DNA from: a virus
Length of the DNA stretch: 64,000 bases
Virus record (IMG/VR): IMGVR_UViG_3300020190_000032
Span: 20,316 to 84,315 of that record
Strand: one strand, 5' to 3'
A program made the translations under genes and the position numbers. Each line of letters starts with the position of its first letter. Positions within the stretch are counted from its first letter, which is position 1. Below, in pieces: positions 38,438-47,376 of this stretch. Below the pieces are notes generated by a model. The model was not told the origin of the DNA. It saw nothing but the letters and a program-made list of their open reading frames with translations, and did not search any database.

Positions 38438-39064
38438 ATGGCACGCAAAGCCAGGCAGTTTCAATTATCAAAAGAGCAACAAAAGTTAGCCTCTGATAAT
38501 ATCAACTTAGCTCGCCGTGAAGCTTGGCGGCTACAAAGAACAACTGACATCGATTACGATACCCTTGAGGGCGCTGCGCTGGAAGGATTATGCAAGGCGG
38601 CGTACAGATATGATCCTTCTTCTGGTTATAAGTTCAGCAGCTTAGCGGTCCCCACAATTAGAGGAGAACTTCTTCACTGGATTAGAGATAAAACATATTC
38701 AATGCGTTTGACGCACAAGATGCGTGAGACATGGATCAGAGGCAGAAAGTTATTATATAAAGGATTCTTGGATGACGAGATTGCAAAGGCTCTGGAAATA
38801 ACCTCTGAAGAATGGCAGGAAATTAAAGGCGTTTGCTCCGGCCCGCCACTTGAGTTGAACGATCAAGCCAATCCAACAGAGTCACTTGAGCCAGAGGAAA
38901 TTAATTTTGCAGAAAGGTTTCAGGTATTAACCAAAATGGGATGGAGTCAAATGACGGAGCAGGAGCAGCAAATGATTTCAAATTATTTCAACAACCCTTC
39001 GACTCGCATACCGTACAATCAGGTAAAGGCTTTTACTGAAAACTCAATTCGATTTGATGTCTAA
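38438..39064 (+). CDS. SigF/SigB-like sigma factor lacking a recognisable region 4.2
   Basis: NINLAR, EGLCKAAYRYDPSSGYKFSSLAVPTIRGELLHWIRDK, EIAKALEIT. Confidence 0.85.
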   Translation: MARKARQFQLSKEQQKLASDNINLARREAWRLQRTTDIDYDTLEGAALEGLCKAAYRYDPSSGYKFSSLAVPTIRGELLHWIRDKTYSMRLTHKMRETWIRGRKLLYKGFLDDEIAKALEITSEEWQEIKGVCSGPPLELNDQANPTESLEPEEINFAERFQVLTKMGWSQMTEQEQQMISNYFNNPSTRIPYNQVKAFTENSIRFDV

Positions 39065-39109
39065 AATCTTTATTTAGTCTCACTTTGAGACGTTGCAGTC
39101 CGCGATGAC

Positions 39110-40717
39110 GTGGATACACTGCAAATATTAAAAGGACTCGGTTTGGCGCTTTCAGAGGAAACGATAGAAAAGATTAAGAGCCTGACGGTTTCTGCCGTTC
39201 TTGAAAAAGAAGGTGTATTTCTTAAAAGAGTAGGAAGAGAATTCGTTACACATTGTATTTGGCATAAAGATAAAAATCCATCTCTTACGATCTCAGACGA
39301 AAAAGGTTTCACTTTTTGTCACGTCTGCAGAGAGGGTGGTGATGTAATCAGTTTCATTAAGAAGAAGTATGGCTTAAATTTCAGGGAGGCTTGTGAAAGG
39401 ATTGCAGCATCAAATAATATACAGGTTATCTACAAGGACGAAGATCCCGGTGTAGCAATTGAGAAAAAGAAAAAAATCGATGCCGCATTGCATGAAGCTC
39501 ATCAAAAACACGAGTATTTTAGGTCGACATTAAAGCAGAGTGAAACTGCTATTAATTTTATTAAACAGCGTGGTATTTTACCTGAAACTTCTAGGCAGTT
39601 CAGTCTCGGTTATGACCCAAAAGAAAATCGACTTGTAATACCTATTAAAGATTACATGGGTAGAGTTGTTGGCTTTAGCAGAAGAGCAATCGGAGATGAT
39701 AGGCCAAAATATAAAAACACTGAAAATAATCTCATTTTCAATAAGTCAGAAATTGTTTTCAACGAATATGATGCAATGGAGTCGATGCGCTCCGAAGGGC
39801 AATGTATTTTCGTAGAAGGTCATATTGATGTCATTTCGATGTGGCAAGCTGGCATTAAAAATGTTGTTGCTTTGCAGGGTACTGCTTCTCCATCTGACAA
39901 TGTTATACAGCGAATGATGCGCAGAACAAATAGTTTTGTTCTTTGCATGGATGCTGATGAGGGCGGTGAAAAAGCTATAGGAATATTTTTAAACGCAGTT
40001 AAGTCTTTGACGTTATCTGGAAAGCTTGACGTAAAAATAGCTTCAATATCCGGCGGCAAGGACCCAGATGAAGCAATAAAAAATGGTTTTAATATTCAGG
40101 ATGCTATTGACAATGCTATTCCATGGCTTGATTGGATTCTTGATAAATGGCTTTTAAATTTAGACTTTACTAATACATCAAAAATTCAAGAAGTTGAAAG
40201 TAAAGTCAAAGAACTTATTTCAAATATAACCAGTTCGGCTTTACGGGCTCATTATTTTGACAAGGCGGCAATTCGGCTTGCTCAGAACAAACAAAATGTC
40301 GCGGCGGAAATACTTAAAAATCTTCAGTCAGATACCTCTTGCACACCGGGACAAAGGGTTTGGAGAAGGCCGGATAAATATTGGACTCGCTCCATTGTGG
40401 AAAAAAGATTACTTCGTCTTTATATCCATCAGCCATCTTTGCGGTTTATGCTTGGATCATTAATGGATAACTTGATTAATCCGGATATGATCTGGCTTTG
40501 GAGTAGGATAAAAGAGCTTGAAGGGCAGTCTTTGGTTGACTGCACTCCTTATAGCGTTATGGCTATACTTGCAGTTGCTGAGCCTAGGTACTTACAAAAG
40601 TTAAGGCCACTTGCAAGGCCAACTGTGAAAGTTGACGATTCTGATCAAGTCTTGATTCATATTGAAGACGTAATGACAAAGTCGATTACTGAAGAAATCG
40701 AAGGCACACTATCCTGA
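39110..40717 (+). CDS. dnaG: DnaG-type DNA primase
   Basis: CIWH..PSL..CHVC zinc finger; PKYKN; VEGHIDV; DADEGG TOPRIM; KDPDE. Confidence 0.93.
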   Translation: MDTLQILKGLGLALSEETIEKIKSLTVSAVLEKEGVFLKRVGREFVTHCIWHKDKNPSLTISDEKGFTFCHVCREGGDVISFIKKKYGLNFREACERIAASNNIQVIYKDEDPGVAIEKKKKIDAALHEAHQKHEYFRSTLKQSETAINFIKQRGILPETSRQFSLGYDPKENRLVIPIKDYMGRVVGFSRRAIGDDRPKYKNTENNLIFNKSEIVFNEYDAMESMRSEGQCIFVEGHIDVISMWQAGIKNVVALQGTASPSDNVIQRMMRRTNSFVLCMDADEGGEKAIGIFLNAVKSLTLSGKLDVKIASISGGKDPDEAIKNGFNIQDAIDNAIPWLDWILDKWLLNLDFTNTSKIQEVESKVKELISNITSSALRAHYFDKAAIRLAQNKQNVAAEILKNLQSDTSCTPGQRVWRRPDKYWTRSIVEKRLLRLYIHQPSLRFMLGSLMDNLINPDMIWLWSRIKELEGQSLVDCTPYSVMAILAVAEPRYLQKLRPLARPTVKVDDSDQVLIHIEDVMTKSITEEIEGTLS

Positions 40718-40734
40718 CGGTAACACCATGAACA

Positions 40735-40962
40735 ATGGGGCTGTACTTTCTTTATCTGACGCTCATCTGTTTAGCCATTTTTTATCCTGTCGATGCGGCC
40801 ATTGCTGCTGAGACCATCTGGTTGAAGGTGAAAATCTTTTTTCTGGATGCCGTTTTGCTTATTCAGTCCTACATTATTTACCGTAAACTGAAAGCGGATT
40901 TTGAGAGGATGCAAATTCCTGTTCCTCCTTTCCGCTTTACCTCAATACAGGAACGACACTAA
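40735..40962 (+). CDS. Small membrane protein
   Basis: Two hydrophobic segments. Confidence 0.5.
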   Translation: MGLYFLYLTLICLAIFYPVDAAIAAETIWLKVKIFFLDAVLLIQSYIIYRKLKADFERMQIPVPPFRFTSIQERH

Positions 40963-41114
40963 TGTCCAAGAAGACTGCCACCGTATTTGAATCTGCGCCT
41001 CCTAAGCGAACAAGAATTGGTGACGGCCGAAGGGTCAGAACCCGTCTGGCACAAGGTCGTACAAAGCGCAGTCCTAAGCGTAAATTCTACAGAGGACAAG
41101 GTAAGGGTTGAGTC

Positions 41115-41429
41115 ATGATTAGTAACGAGGGGCAGTACATCAAGAAAGTCTGTGACGAAGTTCATCTTCTGCTTTTAGAAGATCGAATTGCTGAGGCTGC
41201 CTCTCTGTTGTTTGAAATTAACAAAGAAGACAGCAGCTTTTGGTATAAAGCTAAAATTGCTTTATACAAATCTGCTGTAGGGCATCGCGAGCTATTCGTG
41301 ATAGCAAGCCTCATTGGCGTGGCAGAAAAGGACGAACTTGACCAGTCCTACCATTTAGTGCCAGGTCTATTTGCACTTCGCAAACAAAATCATGATCACT
41401 CAAAAGGATTCATCCCACCAAAAGGATGA
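41115..41429 (+). CDS. Hypothetical protein
   Basis: 104 aa ORF. Confidence 0.45.
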   Translation: MISNEGQYIKKVCDEVHLLLLEDRIAEAASLLFEINKEDSSFWYKAKIALYKSAVGHRELFVIASLIGVAEKDELDQSYHLVPGLFALRKQNHDHSKGFIPPKG

Positions 41430-41526
41430 GCCAGTTAAGGATTTAGACCAAGAACGTGCTGACTTTTGGCAGAAAAAGTGCCTTGAAGAGCCAGCTTGCA
41501 TTGGTTGCAAAATTTATGATTTATAA
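41392..41526 (+). CDS. 44-aa CP12-like peptide (C-terminal domain only; not in ORF track)
   Basis: Ends DFWQKKCLEEPACIGCKIYDL = C-x3-P-x4-C-x-I-Y-D. Confidence 0.55.
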   Translation: MITQKDSSHQKDEPVKDLDQERADFWQKKCLEEPACIGCKIYDL

Positions 41527-41576
41527 GGAAATTTGTAGCCAACGCCGGTAGACTGTATCTACCGATCATCACACGG

Positions 41577-43919
41577 ATGGCAGAATTTTCCAAGGCCGCT
41601 CCCAGTGCAGAGGCAGTTTTCTATCGCACTTACAGCCGCCGCAAGGCTGATGGGACAAGGGAGAATTTCAAGGAGGCTATGACCCGTTGTGTTAACTCAA
41701 TTGCAATAATCGGTCAGTTTACAAATGAAGAAAAGCATCTCGTTATCAAGCAAGCTCTAAAGCAGGCATGCTTCCCGTCTGGCAGAGCTTTTTGGGTCGC
41801 CGGTACGGAATGGGCTAAAAAGAAACAAAACTATAGTGGTTGGTACAATTGTACTAGTACTAGGGTTGTAGACCTAGAGGCCTTTGAGCTAATCATGGAG
41901 CTTGCCATGATGGGCTCAGGCACTGGAGCGATGCTTGAGACGCATGTTATTGATGCATTGCCTTCGGTTGAAAATTTTATTGATATTGTACTAACGACAG
42001 AAGTTGGCGGCATTGAACCTGCGCAGAGGCAGGATGAAACTTTTGTTGTTACTCCGGAAGAGAGTGGCGAGAATGAGTATGTATTGGTCGTTGGCGATAG
42101 CCGCCAAGGCTGGGTAAAAGCTTATCGGGCGATCCTCGATCTTGCTTGCAATCCTACTGGTAATGACGTTCAATTAATCATTGATCTTGGAAATATTCGT
42201 TCTGCAGGCGAAAAGTTAAAAGGTTTTGGTGGAACTGCCAATCCAATCAAGCTGCGAGAGATGTTCGAAAGGGTTGCAAAAATCCTTAACAAAGCAGTTG
42301 GTCGCAAGTTGACTGCCATCGAATGCTGCCTTATCATTGACGAGGCTGCAGCCTGCGTTGTTGCCGGCAACATTCGTCGCAGCGCAGGAATGAGACAATT
42401 CTCTTGGGATGATACCCAAGCAGTTAACTCCAAATCCGGTCTTTATTCCCAAGATGAAAACGGCAACTGGCGGGTCGACTCCGAAAAAGAAGCCCTTCGG
42501 ATGGCTAATCATACTTCCTGCTATCACTTTAAGCCTTCAAAAGATGAAGTAGAAGAGTCAATTCGCCAGCAGTTCTACAGCGGTGAAGGAGCTATTCAGT
42601 ATGTCCCGCAGGCTCTTTTGAGAGCCAATGCTGACTTGCTTGATACGGAAGAATCAAAACAGCGCTTCCTAAGGGAGTATGCAAAGGGGCGTGAATTTGC
42701 AGAATCATTCTTAGTTTTATACGGCTACGAGAAGGGAATCAAATTGCAAAAGAGAGAGGCTGAGCATCGGATTAGCCGGTACGGCCTTAATCCTTGCGGT
42801 GAAATCATTGGCAGCGACTTCCACTGCAATCTTTCTGAAGTACATTTGAATACAATTGATCCTAACGATCGTCAGGCTCAAATTGATGCTTTCAAGGCTG
42901 GGGCTTTACAAGTTGCTGCCTTACTGCACCATGAATTTAAAGATGAGCGCTATCAATACAGCCGTGAGATTGACCCCATTGTTGGCGTAAGTTTTACCGG
43001 TCTGTTTGATTTCTTTGTTCAAGCCTTTGGAGCCGAATGGCTTAGCTGGATGATGAAGGGTCGTCCTAATAATAACGCTGGCAGAAAGTATCAAGATTTA
43101 GAAATGAAATACTTGGCGCTTTGGCGTTCTATTGTTAGGGAAACGATTTCCGAATACTGCATTAAACACGGACTGCGCGTACCCAACCGTACAACAACCG
43201 TACAACCTGCTGGCACGAAAAGTTTGCTTACAGGTGCTTCTTCTGGATGGCATCCTCCCAAAGCTCAACGTTTCATCCGTCGTATTACTTTTGGCAAGAC
43301 CGACCCGTTGGTGTCAGCTTTGAGAGATTGGGGTTACAATGTTATCCCTGCTCAGTCAGCAAAAGATGAAAATGGCAATCTTTTGGATGACATCCTTGAC
43401 GATCGCGTTCAGGAAGTTTTGGTTGAAATTCCCACAGAGGTATCCTGGGCTAATCTTGAGGGATGTGATCAGTTTGAATTAAGCCAATTGCCTGCAGAAT
43501 CTCAATGGGGTCTGTATATGCAGGTTCAAAAGTATTACACTGAACACAATACAAGCGCCACCATTGAATATAGAGAAAACGAAATCCCAGTTCTGACTGA
43601 GTTAATTCACGACTCAATCAAGAATGATACTGGCTACATCTCTGCCGCCTTGCTAGCTCGGTTTGACGAAAATGAAACCTTCCCTCGTTTGCCGTTTGAG
43701 CCAATTGATAAGACGACCCTTGATAGACTGAATGGTATATCGGAGTCGTATCGATCTGTTTTGCCAGTCATTCTAGGCAAGGACGAGGTCAGTTTCCTTG
43801 ATGTTCTGAATCAGTACGACAAGCCTGATTACGAACTGAAAGGGGCCGCTGGTTGCGATAGCGACAAGTGCCTTTCTGAAGCGGAGAAGGATGGCGATCA
43901 GGTCGGTCAATCGATTTGA
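41577..43919 (+). CDS. nrdJ: Class II (adenosylcobalamin) ribonucleotide reductase
   Basis: FYRTYSR, YNCTS, GNIRRSA, GLNPCGEI, TTVQPAGTKSLL, C-terminal GCDSDKC. Confidence 0.95.
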   Translation: MAEFSKAAPSAEAVFYRTYSRRKADGTRENFKEAMTRCVNSIAIIGQFTNEEKHLVIKQALKQACFPSGRAFWVAGTEWAKKKQNYSGWYNCTSTRVVDLEAFELIMELAMMGSGTGAMLETHVIDALPSVENFIDIVLTTEVGGIEPAQRQDETFVVTPEESGENEYVLVVGDSRQGWVKAYRAILDLACNPTGNDVQLIIDLGNIRSAGEKLKGFGGTANPIKLREMFERVAKILNKAVGRKLTAIECCLIIDEAAACVVAGNIRRSAGMRQFSWDDTQAVNSKSGLYSQDENGNWRVDSEKEALRMANHTSCYHFKPSKDEVEESIRQQFYSGEGAIQYVPQALLRANADLLDTEESKQRFLREYAKGREFAESFLVLYGYEKGIKLQKREAEHRISRYGLNPCGEIIGSDFHCNLSEVHLNTIDPNDRQAQIDAFKAGALQVAALLHHEFKDERYQYSREIDPIVGVSFTGLFDFFVQAFGAEWLSWMMKGRPNNNAGRKYQDLEMKYLALWRSIVRETISEYCIKHGLRVPNRTTTVQPAGTKSLLTGASSGWHPPKAQRFIRRITFGKTDPLVSALRDWGYNVIPAQSAKDENGNLLDDILDDRVQEVLVEIPTEVSWANLEGCDQFELSQLPAESQWGLYMQVQKYYTEHNTSATIEYRENEIPVLTELIHDSIKNDTGYISAALLARFDENETFPRLPFEPIDKTTLDRLNGISESYRSVLPVILGKDEVSFLDVLNQYDKPDYELKGAAGCDSDKCLSEAEKDGDQVGQSI

Positions 43920-43921
43920 TC

Positions 43922-44440
43922 ATGAGCACACTCGTAGACCATCAGATCAGAGATCTTTGCCGTAAATCTGGCCTCGTCGAACCTCTCGATGTTGACTTTA
44001 TCAATCCGGCGAGCATGGACGTTACTCTTGGTTCCGTAATACGGGTCGAGGGGCGAGTGTGCGGTCCCGCAAATGAAAGAGTGAGATGGCGCGAGGTTGA
44101 CATTACTAATGGCTACACACTGTCACCCGGTAATTTCATCCTCGCCCACACCGAAGAATGCGTTCGGATCCCTAATTGGGTTGAATGCCAATTTCAGTTG
44201 AAGAGTAGCAGGGCTAGGGAAGGCCTTGAACATCTTCTGGCTGGATACATCGACCCTGGATTTACGGGTCAAATCACCCTAGAGCTTTTAAATGTTAACC
44301 AACGTCACAATATTGAATTGTGGCCAGGAATGAGGATTGGACAGTTACGTTTTAACTCTTTAGACGTAGCCCCACTGAGATCTTATGCTGTCACGGGAAG
44401 GTACATGAATGACAAAGGTCCTGTCCCCAGCAAAGGTTGA
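43922..44440 (+). CDS. dcd: dCTP deaminase
   Basis: INPASMDVTLG, KSSRAREG, AGYIDPGFTGQITLEL, GMRIGQ. Confidence 0.92.
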   Translation: MSTLVDHQIRDLCRKSGLVEPLDVDFINPASMDVTLGSVIRVEGRVCGPANERVRWREVDITNGYTLSPGNFILAHTEECVRIPNWVECQFQLKSSRAREGLEHLLAGYIDPGFTGQITLELLNVNQRHNIELWPGMRIGQLRFNSLDVAPLRSYAVTGRYMNDKGPVPSKG

Positions 44441-44453
44441 AGGTAGACTAATA

Positions 44454-44513
44454 GGAGTCGTGTGATACGACAAATAATATTCTGCCGTGAAGGCATCACT
44501 CCGCTGAGATAGC
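44454..44513 (+). promoter_or_regulatory. Structured 5' leader of portal with three G[AT]GAN-loop hairpins
   Basis: GTCGT-GTGAT-ACGAC; TGCC-GTGAA-GGCA; GCT-GAGAT-AGC. Confidence 0.6.
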
Positions 44514-44514
44514 A

Positions 44515-46107
44515 ATGCTTGGAGTTCCTCATCCGACCAGCGATCCTAGTCTGGTTTCATATCATCGACCAGAACTCTTAAGACAATTACCATCGCTTGA
44601 AGTCGCCTCAGACTGCTGGTATTTGCTGGATTCAGTTTATACTAATAAAAAAGGAACAAATATTTCTGTAAAAGAAAAATATCTCCATAAAGAGCAAGCC
44701 GAGCCTCAGAAGGCTTACGAGGAAAGATTACATAGGGCAACTTATACTCCTATTTATAGGGACAGTATCAGAGCCTATGCAGGATTGTTAAATCGTTTTC
44801 AACTTGTCGACGCCCCCGTGTCGATGGCTGATTCCGAGAAAAATATTGACCTTCAAGGTGAGAGCATTCAGAGTTTTTGGAATCGTTGTGACGAAAGAGC
44901 GCTGAGAGATGGTGGTGTCTACATTATGGTAGACATGACACAAGAAGAAGAAGAATTAAATTTCCTAGATGAACAGCAAAGTGGAAGAAGACCATATTTA
45001 ATTATGATTGATCGCCAAGATGTGATCAATTGGTCGGTCGTTTATGAAAATGGTAGAGAAAGAATTGCTCATGCTACGATTCGGCAAATGCGTCAAATTC
45101 CAATTCCGAATGGATTCGGAGTAGAGCTTGAGGCAATTTACTATGTTGTTCGTCCAAACTTAGTTGAAACCTATCGCCTTGACAAAGTTGGCAATCAATG
45201 GCAACAGAAGAAGATCGGCGAAGTAAGAACATCTCTTCCTGTTGTCCCCCTTGTTTGGTATGGAGCCACTTCCCCTCATTTCGCTCAAGGTGAGTTACCG
45301 CTGAACGGATTAGCTGAACTCTCAATTCAGCATTTTCAAATGCGTTCTGACCTGCAGGAGCTTTTGCATAAATGCGCGATGCCAGTGCCTGTCAGAACCG
45401 GGGCAAGGATTGGCCCTGATGGCAGACCTGTACCTTTAGTCCTTGGTCCCAATACGGCTGTTGACCTTGATGCCGAAGGTGGTAAGTTTGAATTTGCGGA
45501 GCCATCGGGGAGAAGTTTAGAGCGCCATCAGGCTGAGATTAGACACGTTGAGGAGTTGATGGACCGTAGTGGTCTTAATTTCTTATACGGTGCAAATATC
45601 AAGACTGCTACCGAAGCATCTTTAAGGGCTTCCCAGATAGCCTCTCAGGTATCCGCGTTAGTTCGTAACAAGACGGCTGCTTTCAATATCATTATGAGGC
45701 TATGGGCGGCCTATAACGGCGAGTTAAAGCAGATTACATCTGAGTCTGGCATCGCCATGAATGACAGCCTGATCAATAAGCCCTTGGGCGCATCTGAAAT
45801 TGCTCAGCTCGTTAATCTTTACTCGCAAGGCATTCTTTCCAAGAGGACAATTCTTGATGAGCTACAACGTGGTGGTATTCTTGATCCAGACCTGAGGGTT
45901 GACGAAGAAATCAATCGGACTGATAAAGAAAGAAAAGATGAGCTTAAAAAGTCAATCGATGAGACTGTAAAGCGTCAAGAAGCTTTCCAGGAGTCCGCAC
46001 CAAACTCATCGGCTAGCCCGACCAGCCAAAACGAAAACCCAAGGGAGCCTATAAAGAATCAGCAATCTCCTGATCGATTACAAGCTGCGGCTCAAAGAGC
46101 TCAGTAA
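44515..46107 (+). CDS. Portal protein (DUF4055-type)
   Basis: KYLHKE..AYEERLHRA, NIDLQG, RRPYL, VVPLV, LAELSIQHFQ..SDL..LH; 530 aa. Confidence 0.85.
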   Translation: MLGVPHPTSDPSLVSYHRPELLRQLPSLEVASDCWYLLDSVYTNKKGTNISVKEKYLHKEQAEPQKAYEERLHRATYTPIYRDSIRAYAGLLNRFQLVDAPVSMADSEKNIDLQGESIQSFWNRCDERALRDGGVYIMVDMTQEEEELNFLDEQQSGRRPYLIMIDRQDVINWSVVYENGRERIAHATIRQMRQIPIPNGFGVELEAIYYVVRPNLVETYRLDKVGNQWQQKKIGEVRTSLPVVPLVWYGATSPHFAQGELPLNGLAELSIQHFQMRSDLQELLHKCAMPVPVRTGARIGPDGRPVPLVLGPNTAVDLDAEGGKFEFAEPSGRSLERHQAEIRHVEELMDRSGLNFLYGANIKTATEASLRASQIASQVSALVRNKTAAFNIIMRLWAAYNGELKQITSESGIAMNDSLINKPLGASEIAQLVNLYSQGILSKRTILDELQRGGILDPDLRVDEEINRTDKERKDELKKSIDETVKRQEAFQESAPNSSASPTSQNENPREPIKNQQSPDRLQAAAQRAQ

Positions 46108-46137
46108 AACGATATATTGACAAAAAAGGACATCAAA

Positions 46138-46335
46138 ATGGTTATAGCACGTTTTGAATTTCATCCTGAACACGCCGATCAGTTTGCCTGGCAAGCTGGT
46201 CAGAATATTGTAGAGATGACCTTTGACAACGTTTTTGATTTAATTCAAGCGTGTCAGGAACTTGAAGATGCCATTAAGGATTGCACGGTTATCATGGATG
46301 GACATATGATTAATCTCCAGGCTTTATCTGTTTGA
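46138..46335 (+). CDS. Hypothetical protein
   Basis: ORF 46117..46335, ATG at 46138. Confidence 0.5.
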   Translation: MVIARFEFHPEHADQFAWQAGQNIVEMTFDNVFDLIQACQELEDAIKDCTVIMDGHMINLQALSV

Positions 46336-46733
46336 ACCATCCATTAATAAGCGGGAAGCTTATCCGGTCTCATGGTGGTTCGTTTGTCTATCAGATCATA
46401 GCTCCAGTCTGTAGGCTGTACGACAGGGAAGACCTCCCCTGGCCGTCTTGTTCTGTTACCTGGAAAGGTAAACAGCCGAGCTGGAATCGAATCGGTGCGA
46501 GATTGGTCCCTGATATGGCTGCAATGCGCTGCCCTTCTTATGTTGTTGAAGGTAGAGACTTACATGGGAATTGCTGGAATGAAGTTGTAATTTTTTACTG
46601 GGAGAGACTAGATGCAAGTACTAAAAATTGGTGGTACTATAAAGGACCCAAAAACAAGCCATACCCCGCTGCTCCATGGCAGGCTCGTTTGACCCAGGAT
46701 TTTGGTCCAGAGTGCTTGGAGAAAAAGGCCTAG
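46332..46733 (+). CDS. Hypothetical protein
   Basis: 133 aa Trp-rich ORF. Confidence 0.55.
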   Translation: MNHPLISGKLIRSHGGSFVYQIIAPVCRLYDREDLPWPSCSVTWKGKQPSWNRIGARLVPDMAAMRCPSYVVEGRDLHGNCWNEVVIFYWERLDASTKNWWYYKGPKNKPYPAAPWQARLTQDFGPECLEKKA

Positions 46734-46910
46734 AGAGTCCAGGCAGAGAGGAGGCTGTTCGGAAGACGCTGGAACATGTGGCCAAGAAGAAGCAGGTGAA
46801 AGAAGAGGAGCGAAAGGAGAAACAGACTCAGAAGAGCGGGCGTAAGAAAAAATGATTCCTTTTAGTGCCGTTATTTTCGCTGTAAACTGGAGATATTATC
46901 GTATTTTAAA

Positions 46911-47138
46911 ATGCAAACTCCTAAGAGCCCTAAAAATAAATTTCCTCAAAGCGCCATTGGCCAATTTCTTGCCCTAGCAGCATTCAAGCCAGGTCGAGCA
47001 ACCTTTTATGCCCTATGTGCGTTTGGTTTTTATTTTGCTGTCTTTTTAGCCACAGGTAGCATTGTTTCGTCATTGTTTGGGGCTCCGTTTTGGCCCTCTG
47101 TAGGCCTTGTCTTTTTGCTTCGCCTGTGCTTTACTTGA
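46911..47138 (+). CDS. Small membrane protein
   Basis: Two hydrophobic segments. Confidence 0.5.
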   Translation: MQTPKSPKNKFPQSAIGQFLALAAFKPGRATFYALCAFGFYFAVFLATGSIVSSLFGAPFWPSVGLVFLLRLCFT

Positions 47139-47146
47139 TGAGCTGC

Positions 47147-47222
47147 GGGCGCGTAGCATAATGGATAATGCAGCATCCTTCTAAGATGCCTTATGGGGGT
47201 TCGAGTCCCTCCGCGCCTGCCA
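47147..47222 (+). tRNA. trnR: tRNA-Arg(TCT)
   Basis: Acceptor GGGCGCG/CGCGCCT, anticodon arm GCATC-CTTCTAA-GATGC, TTCGAGT loop, encoded CCA. Confidence 0.93.
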
Positions 47223-47224
47223 CT

Positions 47225-47300
47225 GCTCCTTTAGCAATCTGGTGAATGCAGCGAACTCATAATTCGCCTTAGGTGAGTTCGATCCTCACAAGGAGCACCA
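47225..47300 (+). tRNA. tRNA with CAT anticodon (Ile2-like, otherwise elongator Met)
   Basis: Acceptor GCTCCTT/AAGGAGC, GCGAA-CTCATAA-TTCGC, encoded CCA; C4:G69 and C5:G68. Confidence 0.9.
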
Positions 47301-47303
47301 CTA

Positions 47304-47376
47304 GCCCGAGTAGCCCAGCGGAAGAGGCAAACGATTTAAAATCGTTCCAGCGTGAGTTCGAATCTCACCTCGGGTA
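47304..47376 (+). tRNA. trnL: tRNA-Leu(TAA), short variable loop, no encoded CCA
   Basis: Acceptor GCCCGAG/CTCGGGT, AACGA-TTTAAAA-TCGTT, GTGAG-TTCGAAT-CTCAC. Confidence 0.88.

Noticed and set aside
27551-43919. Inteins or introns in dnaB, terL or nrdJ
   Set aside because: Motifs are contiguous, lengths are ordinary and no splice-junction signatures were seen
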